A DNA stretch of 64,000 nucleotides. It comes from Psilocybe cubensis (taxonomy: Eukaryota). The position numbers and the translations under genes are program-made. Shown piece after piece: positions 40,355 through 50,678 of the stretch. The stretch is from positions 1,798,001 through 1,862,000 of the forward strand of contig CM039001.1 in assembly GCA_017499595.2 (NCBI GenBank), written 5' to 3'. The notes below the pieces were generated by a model that made no database searches, was not told where the DNA came from, and saw only the letters and a list, made by a program, of their open reading frames with translations. Position 1 is the first letter of the stretch, and each line of letters opens with the position of its first letter.

Positions 40355-43300
40355 TTAAAACTCTGCAAAACCCACGGCTTCTGTATCATCCATATCCCAG
40401 GGCTCCTCCCCATCTTCTCCCACAAAACCTTCATCGTTCTCCTCATCTTGATCTTCTTTCTCTGACTCGTCACTGTTTTCAGACTCTGAAGCGTTCATGG
40501 CAGCCTCTTGCTCAGCTGTAACGGGTAAATCAACTTCTTCTTCGTCATCTAAAGGTTCTTCATCACTGAGGTTGAAGTAGGAACCAAAATACCACGGTCG
40601 CATGCTTCGCGTGTACTCGTTGGTGCCCTTGTGGCCAATACCGTAGCCTAGATAGCGTACAAACATGTCACGATCCACGAAACTTATCATACATTAGCAA
40701 TATGTATCAAATAGAATAAATAAAACAACACAGCGTACCGGTTAACATAATAGAAATTCCAGTCGTGGTCTGGATAGTTGTCATCTTCCCAGTAGGCTTG
40801 CCGAGCAATGGAGGGGGGAAGAAGGGAGTCAGTCATCCCCAAATTAAATGCCGGAATAATATGTGAGGCCCTGAGTATATCGGAGGGGTTGAGGAAGCCA
40901 AACGCATCCGGGGAATCCGAATCAATGAACTTGAGTCGGTCTAATCGGCGTGCAGTCCACCCCGCACGAAAGGCATAGTCGACTTCAAACCATCTTACCC
41001 ACAGAAATTCAAAACGTTGTGTTTTACCTCCGTTATGCTGTATGTCAGCGTCGAAGATACCAAGAACTCGAGCATACGAATAAGGGTGGGCCATAGAGCG
41101 ACCTGAGTCCCCGTCCCGAGAGAGAGTCATGATATTACAATGGTTCCGAGGATTGATAGAATCTTGCTCGCGTCGTACGTCGTAAGTTGTATAGTTGACT
41201 CGCAGGACTTTGTGCAAGTAAATTCGGTCGCTAAGGATGTTCACCTGTGCGCGCTCTTGGTCTGAATATGTACGGACTTGTCCTGTATTCGAATGGCCAA
41301 GTATTCGAGATAATATATGATCTTCGAGGTTAGAAACAAAGTCCTAATGTTTGAGCGAGTATTATTAGCACAGGTTGCAGTAAAGAATGGAGAGAAAATT
41401 ACCTCCGTAACTGCTGGGTCATCACAGTATTCGTTCATAAACTGAAACAAATACAGTTTATGGCGCTTGCTGGTCGATATTTGATGGTGCTCGGACGGTG
41501 AGATAGGAGGGAGACTCTCAGATTCCGAAGCTGAGACGATGTGTGGGGGTTTGATATACGATTTCTTAACACGCGAAGCCCTCGGACGCTTCTTGGACGG
41601 CTGTGCAGTGGCCTGCTTATCCTTTGAAGTTGAATTGGCCTTTTCGCTAGCCTCACTTTCTTCCAGTCTTGAAACCCGTGCAGCAATAGAGCGGAGCAAC
41701 TGCTCACGACGCTCATGACGAGAAATTTGGCGCTCAAACTGAGACCCCTTGTTGCTGCGTACAAAAAACCGTTTGACGCGACGGTGTTCCAATTCGCCCT
41801 GAGAGTAGTTAATATAATGTTGTAGTAACAAAAAATGACATACCCGTTGAGTAGAATAACCCTCTGTTGGGCCAAACATCCAGATAGTCTTGACATAATC
41901 TCCGAGAGCGTGAAGCTTATACGTGAAGAGGTTCAGCATTTTGGAAACCTTCGCATTCAGAGACCCAGGAGCGGTGGGCTTGCCCTTCTTTGCATTATTG
42001 GCGGCACGACGGGCGCGGGCAGCGGTCTCCTTTGGTAGTTCCTTGGTTGCGTACAGCGGACAGATCTTAGAGACAAAAGATCTGAGCTCCTTGCCTAGTT
42101 GACGAGTGGCGACACCAAGTCCTGTAAGCGTGGAGTTGGTATGCATGCGAAGCTTGGCGAGCGCGTGCCATTCACAGAATGTGAAGAGAATGTCTTGAAT
42201 AAATTTATCCTGCGCCGGAGGAAGGAGGCCTTCAAAGACTGGCATGGAGCACTAGATAGAGCATATTAGTGTTCCGTAACGTGGAACGATGGCAAATCAT
42301 TTATACGTACCTGAAGTAAGTCTTCAAAATCTCGGGCTGCAAGCTTGGTCATGTCCGATGCATTGCGGTGGAAACGGCGTATTGTGCTTCGGCCAAACGT
42401 AGACACTTTGCGATATCTATTGGCAGGTGAATGCACGAAATTTAAATGATAATATATAGTACTTACCTCCAGTTGAGACGCTGAACACAGTTGCCACCAG
42501 CGGCCAGAAGAATACGCATCATATGCGTGAAGAAAGACTTCCAAACACCAAGTTCGAACTCGTGTAGGAAGTCAGGTACAAACATGGTATGAAAATTGAA
42601 TCCAAATTTTGAAAGACGTGTTGAGAATGCATTCTACACAAAGGTTAATCGTTGTAAGAAGGGGTAAAATGGATCAACGTACCCGTGTTGGGACGGCCGA
42701 CGTATCCTGAAGGATATCTTCGACACGTGTGCTTTTGACCCCCTTTCCATGTTTGAAGATCCACTTTCGACTATTCTCAACCCTGTCGCGCCGTTGCTGA
42801 TCGTCTTTGCGAATGTGCGAGCGCCGCTGTTGATCAACATGAGTTCCAAGTCCACTTACCCAGCGCTTCTGAATAAAGCACCGAGGACAGACACATTTTG
42901 CGAGGTAGCGGATGGTGGCAAGAAGGACTCTGAAGGTATGACTTGGTACGGCATAGACCAGAGTAAACAAAACAGACTTACTTCTCAGGATAGTCGGCGG
43001 AGTATGTAAAAAACCGGGGAAACACACGACGTATGACACCATCGGCACATTTAATAATGATGCCATGTTCGTAGGCTTCCATGAATTCCTCGTCGAGAAG
43101 AATGAGCCATACGGCATGCATCAGCTCCCGCTTTAGGTGGGTGATTGTTGCTGCCGTTGCTGTCAGACCGTTGTAAGCTTTCATATAGATGTCTTGTAGG
43201 GTTTTGGGCAGCTAGTCACATATATAGTTAAACGAACAGAAAACAGAATGAGAACAATGAACATACCGATGGTAAATACGCAATGTGGTGCGCTGAGAAG

Positions 43301-44694
43301 CTATTGGGATTCGCACGTACGTACTTTGATTGATTGCCAAATAGCAGGTATAACGGCCAGAGTGATGCGTTGCCAAAGTTAGCAAGCTGGGTCGAGTCTG
43401 ACCACAGCATCAACGCAACAATAGCAATTTCGTGGGTATCGCTAAGTTGCGCTTCCTGATTCTGCTGTTTACAAAGATCGACATATTCATCGTAAAATGC
43501 GTCGGAGTTGTAGATCTCCGTAATGACGCGCTCTGGTGGACTCGAGGGCGATGGCTTCCAGAAAAGATGATGCGGTGTGAAATGCCATGATTCCGCGCTT
43601 TCATCCTGAAGGGCGGCCTTGATCGTGCCTACCAAACTCCGATAATAGACATTTGGTACCTCAAGGACTGGTGCTGCATCCTCGGAAGGGTGTAGCGACT
43701 GCTCGCAAGGAAGAGGTATTTTGACAGTTGCATTGATCCAGCCTGCTTCCTGTCTGAACGTTGATTGTGAACTTTCGGGTGCGGAAGTCGCATTGTCCAT
43801 GCGAGCGAGTTCCCGTTTCGCACTAAAGTTCTCCAAATCTTTGACACAGAAATCCTCGGCAAGCAGAACCTCCCGGACCAAGCGATCAAGCTCACCCACG
43901 GATTTCAGGGTAGTATTGCCATAGAACCAATGCATAAGGCGAAAAACCGTAGCATTCAAGAAAGGCGCAAAGCGGTTGGACACAGAAGCTTTGTCTAGGG
44001 ATATTCCCATAACCTTGGCAATCCGAGAACTTGATTCCTTTGGGATAGAGGTCGCCAAGCCAGGTGCATTGCAAAGATTGTCGAGTTCCTCGAAGTCATC
44101 AACCTCCTGTCTGGGAAAAGTTGGATATTCCCGGTACAAACCAAACTCGTTGGGCAGAGTGCGTGTTACGGTGGGTTCAAAAGAAGGAGCCGGCTCCGGA
44201 GTTAGTTCGTGTGGAGAAACAGGCTTTGGAGCAGATCGTCGGACTCGAGGAATGGGGGGAGGCATATGAGGTATACGGGTCGACGAGTTGGGTAAAAAGT
44301 CAACATGTTTTTTGGGATATTTACGTACACGTCCCAAACGCGTAGGAGGAGGGACAAACCCCTCAGGAAATGGGTCAGGGGGATCAGATCTTGGAGGCAA
44401 AATAACACCGTCGTCGATATTCTCGTAGGTCATAGAAACATCCTCCCATTCGGCATCCTGAAAGTATTCATTTGTCAGTATAATGTGTGTCGAAGCGGTG
44501 GACCATACCTTATTGAGTTCATGATTAACGGTGGTGTCAATCTTGACACGCTTCGCACTTCCAGTATCCCGGTCAACATCAAGCGGCTTGCAGACATTTT
44601 CAAGGTCTGCTTGCACAGCAGCACAGGTGATGCGGTGAATTCGAACTGCGTGCTTTGTTTTGAATGTCTTCTCGCAAGCATCGCAAATGACCAT
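40355..44694 (-). CDS. Plavaka transposase, multi-exon, N-terminal C2HC zinc finger
   Basis: ALMLWSDSTQLANFGNASLWPLYLLFGNQSKY, CADGVIRRVFPRFFTYSADYPEK, CVCPRC, DFLHEFELG, YKLHALGDY, NYTTYDVRREQD, FLWVRWF, FVDRDMFVRYLG. Confidence 0.92.
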
Positions 44695-44914
44695 GATGAT
44701 AAGAAACAACAAAATAGAATGCCGCATTGCAGCATGCAATGCGCATGGAGACAAAAAAGAGGTCAAGAAGGTAATATTGACCAGAAAACACGCGTCGCGA
44801 CGCATCAGAAAAGATCACGTGTCCGTTCTCAACGGGCTTTTTCGGAAAACCTGAAACCTTTTGCCCTGTCCCATCACCATCTCCCTACTCTGCAACCACC
44901 TACCTCGGGATTCC

Positions 44915-47061
44915 ATGGCTCCAGCCTCACAGATTCACACTGCAGACGCACAACCCCCACATTCCACTCAGCATGCAAAATCTCGAGAATCAATCAGCAG
45001 CAGTGACGGCAGCAATGAAGACAGCAGCGGCTCGGATACTGACCAAGACCATAAAGAAGAGGTGGTTATCAAAAAGCGCAAGAAGGCTTTGAAGGTTACG
45101 TTTCGTAAAAGGGCCTCTCGCAAAAAATTAAAGTCTTCGTGCGTATTGTGTTTTTTCAAGTTTAAGTTTACTACTGAATGCGCATTGCTGTCACCTAGCG
45201 CGGTACTCGAGCCCTTTATGCACCATTCGGCATGGCACATTCGCAATGGTGCTATCTACACCAACTGGGAACACGTTATTCTCACCGGCTTGAAGGCCGA
45301 GCAGGGGAAATTTGGCTCTCTTACACAGCAGGAGTAAGTAACTTTATTATTTACCCGATTTGGTCTCTTTTGTTTAAACTTTTTACTACTTTAGGTTTGC
45401 GGAGAAGCACAAAAAAGCACTTTCGGCTTACGACGATCTGCGAGCGGCTATTCCCACCTTTGACGATGATATAAAGGTCATCGCAAGGGACCCCGCTTAC
45501 CTAGACAGACTGTGCAAAACGGTATGAGTACCTATTTCTCATACACGTACATCTAATGTCCTATTCAGATGGTTACTGCCGCCGGAACCGCTCGTTCTAA
45601 CGACATCTCAAGCCTCAAGAAGGATGCACTTACCTATGCAGCACTGTGCCTGCCTGATGGTCGCCTGGATCCTCCCATTAACCCAAACGACTCCAAGAAG
45701 ACGACCCGAGGCTTCAAGCACCCGCAACTTGGTGCGCTTTTAGTTCCCGCCGCCTGCTTTGAACAGTATCAAAATGATCCCGAGTAAGTCACCCGTATTT
45801 ATATGCGTGTCATACTGATTTTGTTTTTGAGGTATCGTCGCAATCTCTCTCTCAACAAGGTTGTTATCAAGGCAAAGGCAATGCCACACCTGGTGTATCC
45901 GTATGGTAAGTACGACCCCGAGCATGTATTGGAAGGGATGTTCATGGCTCCGGCCTTGGTCGCGGTGCGTATTTTGTGTTGCTGTCTTCAGTACTACTTA
46001 CGCATGTTATCAGGTTTTTCAACATATATTTATGTCGCCATCCTCGGCGCTGAAGACACCTGGCATTACACGGACCGGACATGGGAAGGCTCGCAAGCAT
46101 CACATGAAGTCAGTTACGATACCGAGCATTGCATATGCATGCACACATGTACGTGTTTTTTTCCACATGTTGTATATACTAACCATGTCATCAGTATCGG
46201 TACGCTATTTCGGGATGTATGGACTGGCGTCAGAACGATAGGCATTTCAACTACGAAGAGTTCTACATGGAGGTTGTAAAAATGCTGGAGTGGGCTCGAG
46301 AAAATGATCCCGAGTGGTGGAAAGACTTTGTTACATGGTGGAACGCGTGCGTAGTTTCTTTTTTACAATTAAATTATATAACTCAAACAGTTCATCCTAG
46401 GCAAGTTTTCCCTGTCGAAGACGACTCCGTTACCGAGAGCAGTTCATCTGACGAAGAGATGACTACGTCTACCTTCAAGAAAATGAAGGCACAGGTGAAG
46501 GCCAGCCGTGCAGCGAGGGATATTCCTGCCAACTCTGCACCACCACCACCACCACCATCTCAATATCAGCGCGAGATGTTGTCGCCATCGCCGCCCTTGT
46601 CGTTAAGGCCTGTTCAGTCTCCGGCACCGGGTTCATCTATTCCACCAAGTGTAGGTATTCCTGGCCGGCAGCACCATGCTCAATACCTTGCCGGCCCAGT
46701 GGACGCCAACATTGACCCCCGTTTACAGATCCCAGGTCCTCATGTTGCTAGCAACCACCCACCTCTCGGTGGACCTTCTCGATATCCTGCAGGTGTTCCT
46801 CTGTTTTACAACTCATCGCACCCTATTGCTAGTGCCTCCACTCCGGCTCCGGCTCTGTCTCGTGGTCATCCAACCCCGCGCGCACTCTCTTCCAGTGTCT
46901 ACACTCAACAGTTCAATAATTCTCCGGAATGGCAGCTGGAGAATACCTACGACGAGTCATACTTTGCCGACCACACAAGGAAGAAGAACCATATTGGTCA
47001 TCGTCATCCCAGTGTAGGTCCCCAGATGAATCCGGTCTTCCCTGACATAACAAACTGGTAA
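44915..47061 (+). CDS. DUF6698-like accessory protein, divergent from the Plavaka transposase
   Basis: RGFKHPQLGALLVP, YDPEHVLEGMF, IFMSPSS, VTIPSIAY, FNYEEFY, WWKDFVTWWN...VF; Pro-rich tail. Confidence 0.7.
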
Positions 47062-47701
47062 GCTCACCTAATCATTCTGCAAGTTATCATTACTGATAAG
47101 GCTTTAGATTCAACTGCTACTATTATTCTCTTGGTGCTCTGGCCTCTCTCGCTACTGTCAACTTCTCGTTCTTGCTCGGCTCTCCTCTCACTCATGTTGC
47201 ATTTTGGACTTCTCGGCGACAGCTCTGGCTTCCATTCGACGGCGAAAATCATGTAATTATAGTCTGCTTGCATTCTGTTTGCTCGGTTACCTGTACTTGT
47301 AGCCTCCCTGTCTGTATTGTTATTTTTTAAATTGCAATTTCGCTTTCCATTGTTTATTACTGTGTGTGATGGCCTGAAGTAGCCGCTAGGAATAAGGGTA
47401 CCCAAGAAATGTGCATTGAGTGAATCCCAAATGATTTTGGGTCTCCTAAATGTTAGATAAATGATATTGGGACCCTCAAATGTTATCCAAATGTTTCATG
47501 TACTCTTAAATGTTGCGGAATGATTTGGCTATATTTAGTACTACCTAAAACATTTGCTTTGAATAAAGAATTCGAAGCCTTTCAGTCTTCGGAGTCTCTC
47601 GTTACGAACCGCACAATGCCTTTCGGGCATTGGGGCCTTTGGACGCCTCCAAATGCCTTGTCAAGGCATTTGGGGATCCGGACACTTTTGCTGATGATCG
47701 C

Positions 47702-48273
47702 CCTCGTGTCACAACACGATCCCAACTTGACGAGTTGCGTTGTCGTACACGACGCGCCTTGTTGGGAATGCCCTGACGAGGTGTGTCAGCATCGTTATCT
47801 ACACCCCACCTTGCTCGGATACCCATATTCGATACAACACGCCCCACTCTGACACTATGCCAGTTTCGGATGCCATATTGACGCAGATTCTGGCCCAGTT
47901 GGAGGCAATGCAAGTCTCCCAGCAGACTATGCAGGCAAAAGTACGTTACCTGACTTCATTGCTCCACGATGTTGTTAATAAAGTCTCAATTTCAGCTCGA
48001 TGCACCCTCTTCTCCTCTGGAACCTAAATCCATGAAGGGCCTCCCAAATCTCGCTACACCAAGCACCCCGCCTAGGGAAGGTGCATCAACTTCGACGCAG
48101 ACGGACGATGCCAAGGAGAGCGCAGTATCAGTGCAGGCGCAATCCACAAGGGCCGCCCTTTCCAGCGCACCTCCCTCACTTAGACCTGGCGCAGCGAGCC
48201 TTACAGACAAAGAGCGGGAGAAGCTCCTCGTGTCACAACACGATCCCAACTTGACGAGTTGCGTTGTCGTACA
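47702..48273 (+). repeat. Perfect 48-bp direct repeat (47702-47749 and 48226-48273)
   Basis: CCTCGTGTCACAACACGATCCCAACTTGACGAGTTGCGTTGTCGTACA twice. Confidence 0.95.
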
Positions 48274-48310
48274 AATGACTATTGCGGGCGGGGCTGCAGA
48301 AGCAGGGTGA
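47857..48310 (+). pseudogene. Captured 5' gene fragment resembling the N-terminus of fungal Urg1/GTP cyclohydrolase II-like proteins, fused in frame to repeat sequence
   Basis: MPVSDAILTQILAQLEAMQVSQQTMQAK / intron 47941-47995 / LDAPSS...LTDKEREKLL, then reads through the 48-bp repeat to a stop at 48310; family call from memory. Confidence 0.5.
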
Positions 48311-48364
48311 CGAACTGTGAGCACTTGTAAGTTACCTATGCAGCTGACATTACATTCTTACTCA

Positions 48365-49486
48365 CCTTTTGTCTTTTCAGCGTGTCTGTATCGGCATGCG
48401 ACTGGGATAGGGAGTTGCGCAGCGTTTTCTTCAGGATGTCCATGTCGCGAAGAAGCAACGAATCATGTTGAACCTCAGTAAGTGAGGAAATAACCGGCCG
48501 GTTATTGCCCCATAATTTTATGACATCATTCCGGGGTACAATTTGAGTGCCCCGCTGCACCTTTGCGTCATCTTACTGATTATTAGCCAGCGCGAGCGAC
48601 ACTTTGTTATTGTGGAAAAATTGCTATAACAGTTGAATTAAGACAAAAATAAATTCTAATTTACTGAGAAGATTACTGTGTGTCAGAATTAGGAGCGTCT
48701 AGCATATATTGAGCAAATAAAACATCTATCTTTTTGGAATGCTGGAGGCGACGCCTACGATAAACGCTTTGGTAAACAGCAGGATTTGAGAGGCGCCGTT
48801 TATATGCCTCCATTGCGTTTTCTAACCAGATTGTCAATAACATAAAATAAATGTTTACAAGATCACGTACCGGAGGTAGTAATACCTTTGGGATATGCAA
48901 ATGTGAGCAAATTTACACACGCAACTTTGATTTCTCTTATTTCGACTGATATGACACAAACATGTGAGCCTCAGGTGTGCAGAATAAAAATAAAATAACA
49001 AACTTAAGTAGCCACATTGAGCTTCGTAATCAGGGTCATGTCCACAACCAATAAGCGGACTCTCAGCATAACGTCCAGACGAGACAGTGAAGTAGCGAGC
49101 TGGAATGTTATGAAAACACTTCAGAGTCGGAAACTGGTGTGTTGCGGAATACTCGGCAAGATGTTCTGGATGTAAAAGATATCTTTCGTGCTCAATAACA
49201 GGACTGCATAATATTCAAGTTTGTTACTGTCATACTCAGACAAATAAATTCAGATGATATACGCACTATGCAATTTCAACAAGATGTCCACCTTCTGCAT
49301 CAGGCTCATATGTTGTAAGATTAGTGGCGCTAATCTGAGCCCTTCGGAGGCGTCTCCAGGTGCGACGTTCAGAGTGGGGAGACAGAGACATAGGTGGGAA
49401 TTGTTTTCGGTCCAGTCTGGAATGCTGTATATAATTGGGTGCCCGCTCTGTACCGGCAATGTAGACTGACTTGAATTTGATTCCAT
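48365..49486 (-). CDS. Cargo protein with a GRF-like Cys/His zinc-binding motif; a 3' intron is interrupted by the nested insertion
   Basis: LKCFHNIPARYFTVSSGRYAESPLIGCGHDPDYEAQCGY exon at ~49010-49200; other exons in ORFs 49250-49486, 48673-48900, 48336-48560. Confidence 0.55.
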
Positions 49487-49536
49487 GCATAGAAAACATG
49501 CTAGAACAGTGTCAAAATTGTATATAATCTGTTACA

Positions 49537-50570
49537 ATGGCATTTGGTAATCTAGTACCCACAAATTATGAATTTACGTTCAAGCACAAGTACGTTCCAT
49601 TGTTTCTATTAATAGATCTTTACTTATTGACTACAGAAAAAGCAGCGGCTGGACGTATTGGCATATTCATGGATTATTCTATTCAGAAACCCCAGAAACC
49701 CCTAGAAACCCCTAGAAACCCCAGGGGTTTCTGAATAGTCCTCGAAGCAACATTCTAAACCCCTGCTTGAACATTTATGGGAGGTTTAAGGTCCGACCTA
49801 GCTTTGCTGGTCTGCCGTGTCGTGCCGTCGTTGTTGCCTTTGAATCAATAGTTGATCGTCTTCATGTAAATACATTCAATTGTTCAATTCCGGTACGCTA
49901 ACGCCTCTAATGCAACCCATAGTGCCAATAAAACTCAACAAACCCATTCAGGAACCTTCGAGTCGTTTAATGGTTATTTATTCGAAGGGATATCATATTT
50001 GATGTTTATGAACACCGAGGTAGGGCATCCAGAGCACTATAAGATACAGGAAGTAGAGAGTATAGCAGTGGTGTTAGGTACAAGGAAATACATTATACAT
50101 AGGTTTCTAGGCTTTTAAGTTGTTCACTTACTGCTTTTTTCATTTTCGAGCGAAGTTGCGCCTACGCACCCGAGTGGCCACTTGAAATGGCCCGCATGAG
50201 AATACAAGCTCCTACTTAATCCGCCGTAGCGGCATTCTGAACATTCATCACACCTTCATCACAACATTCATAACGATTTTATGAATTTTGAGGGTTTCTA
50301 TGGGGTTTCTAGGGTTTCTGGGGTTTCTGAATAGAATAATCCCATATTCATACTGCCATTCCCTAATGATGGAGTTCTATATCTAACATATGAGCAAATA
50401 CAGTAAGTACTTTCAAAGATATTTGTTTGTACTATTCTAATTTAAACAGAGAAATTGCTTTGGTGTGTGTCCAAGAGCAAATTCGGTCAGGGCAGCTTAG
50501 CATGCATGAGATTCTATATACGGAGCTACTGCCTGGTCATGAGGGCGATTCGGCGGGAAGTAAACATTGA
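49537..50570 (+). pseudogene. Small cargo ORF disrupted by the MITE
   Basis: Removing the MITE and one TSD joins ...EKAAAGRIGIF to ILPFPNDGVLYLTYEQI, then an intron, then EIALVCVQEQ...GSKH*. Confidence 0.45.
49671..50342. mobile_element. Non-autonomous Mutator-like (MULE) MITE, 672 bp
   Basis: 9-bp TSD CATATTCAT (49662-49670, 50343-50351); ~50-bp TIRs GGATTATTCTATTCAGAAACCCCAGAAACCC...; no coding capacity seen. Confidence 0.88.
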
Positions 50571-50678
50571 TAATTGAGTGATTAGTGGACAAAGTTGGTA
50601 ATATTAATGTGGCAAGTTGAAGTAGCTAGCAACCTAACTTGCCCTTTCCCCCTCAATGCCCAATAAGCCTCTCTAGCT

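Larger units (their letters stand above)
39953..47696. mobile_element. Plavaka DNA transposon, 7,744 bp
   Basis: TIRs CATCAGCAAAAGTGACCAGACGCCCAAATGCCTT vs reverse complement CATCAGCAAAAGTGTCCGGATCCCCAAATGCCTT; AT dinucleotide on both flanks (39951-52, 47697-98); CAAATG/CATTTG subterminal motifs. Confidence 0.9.
39219..48319. mobile_element. Non-autonomous Pack-like element (~1.36 kb without the nested Plavaka) carrying captured gene fragments
   Basis: GAGCAC at 39214-39219 and 48319-48324 (4-bp AGCA TSD with CACA...TGTG ends, or 6-bp TSD); weak TIR CACAATTAGCTACGGTGC vs CACAGTTCGTCACCCTGC; removal restores a 50-nt GT-AG intron. Confidence 0.7.

Noticed and set aside
47702-48273. LTR pair or CRISPR-like array
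   Set aside because: Only two 48-bp copies around a gene fragment; no retroelement genes, no matching flanking TSD and no spacer array.
49684-49725. Telomere-like repeat (AAACCCCTAG)
   Set aside because: It is part of the MITE TIR, mirrored at ~50290-50330, and is not TTAGGG.
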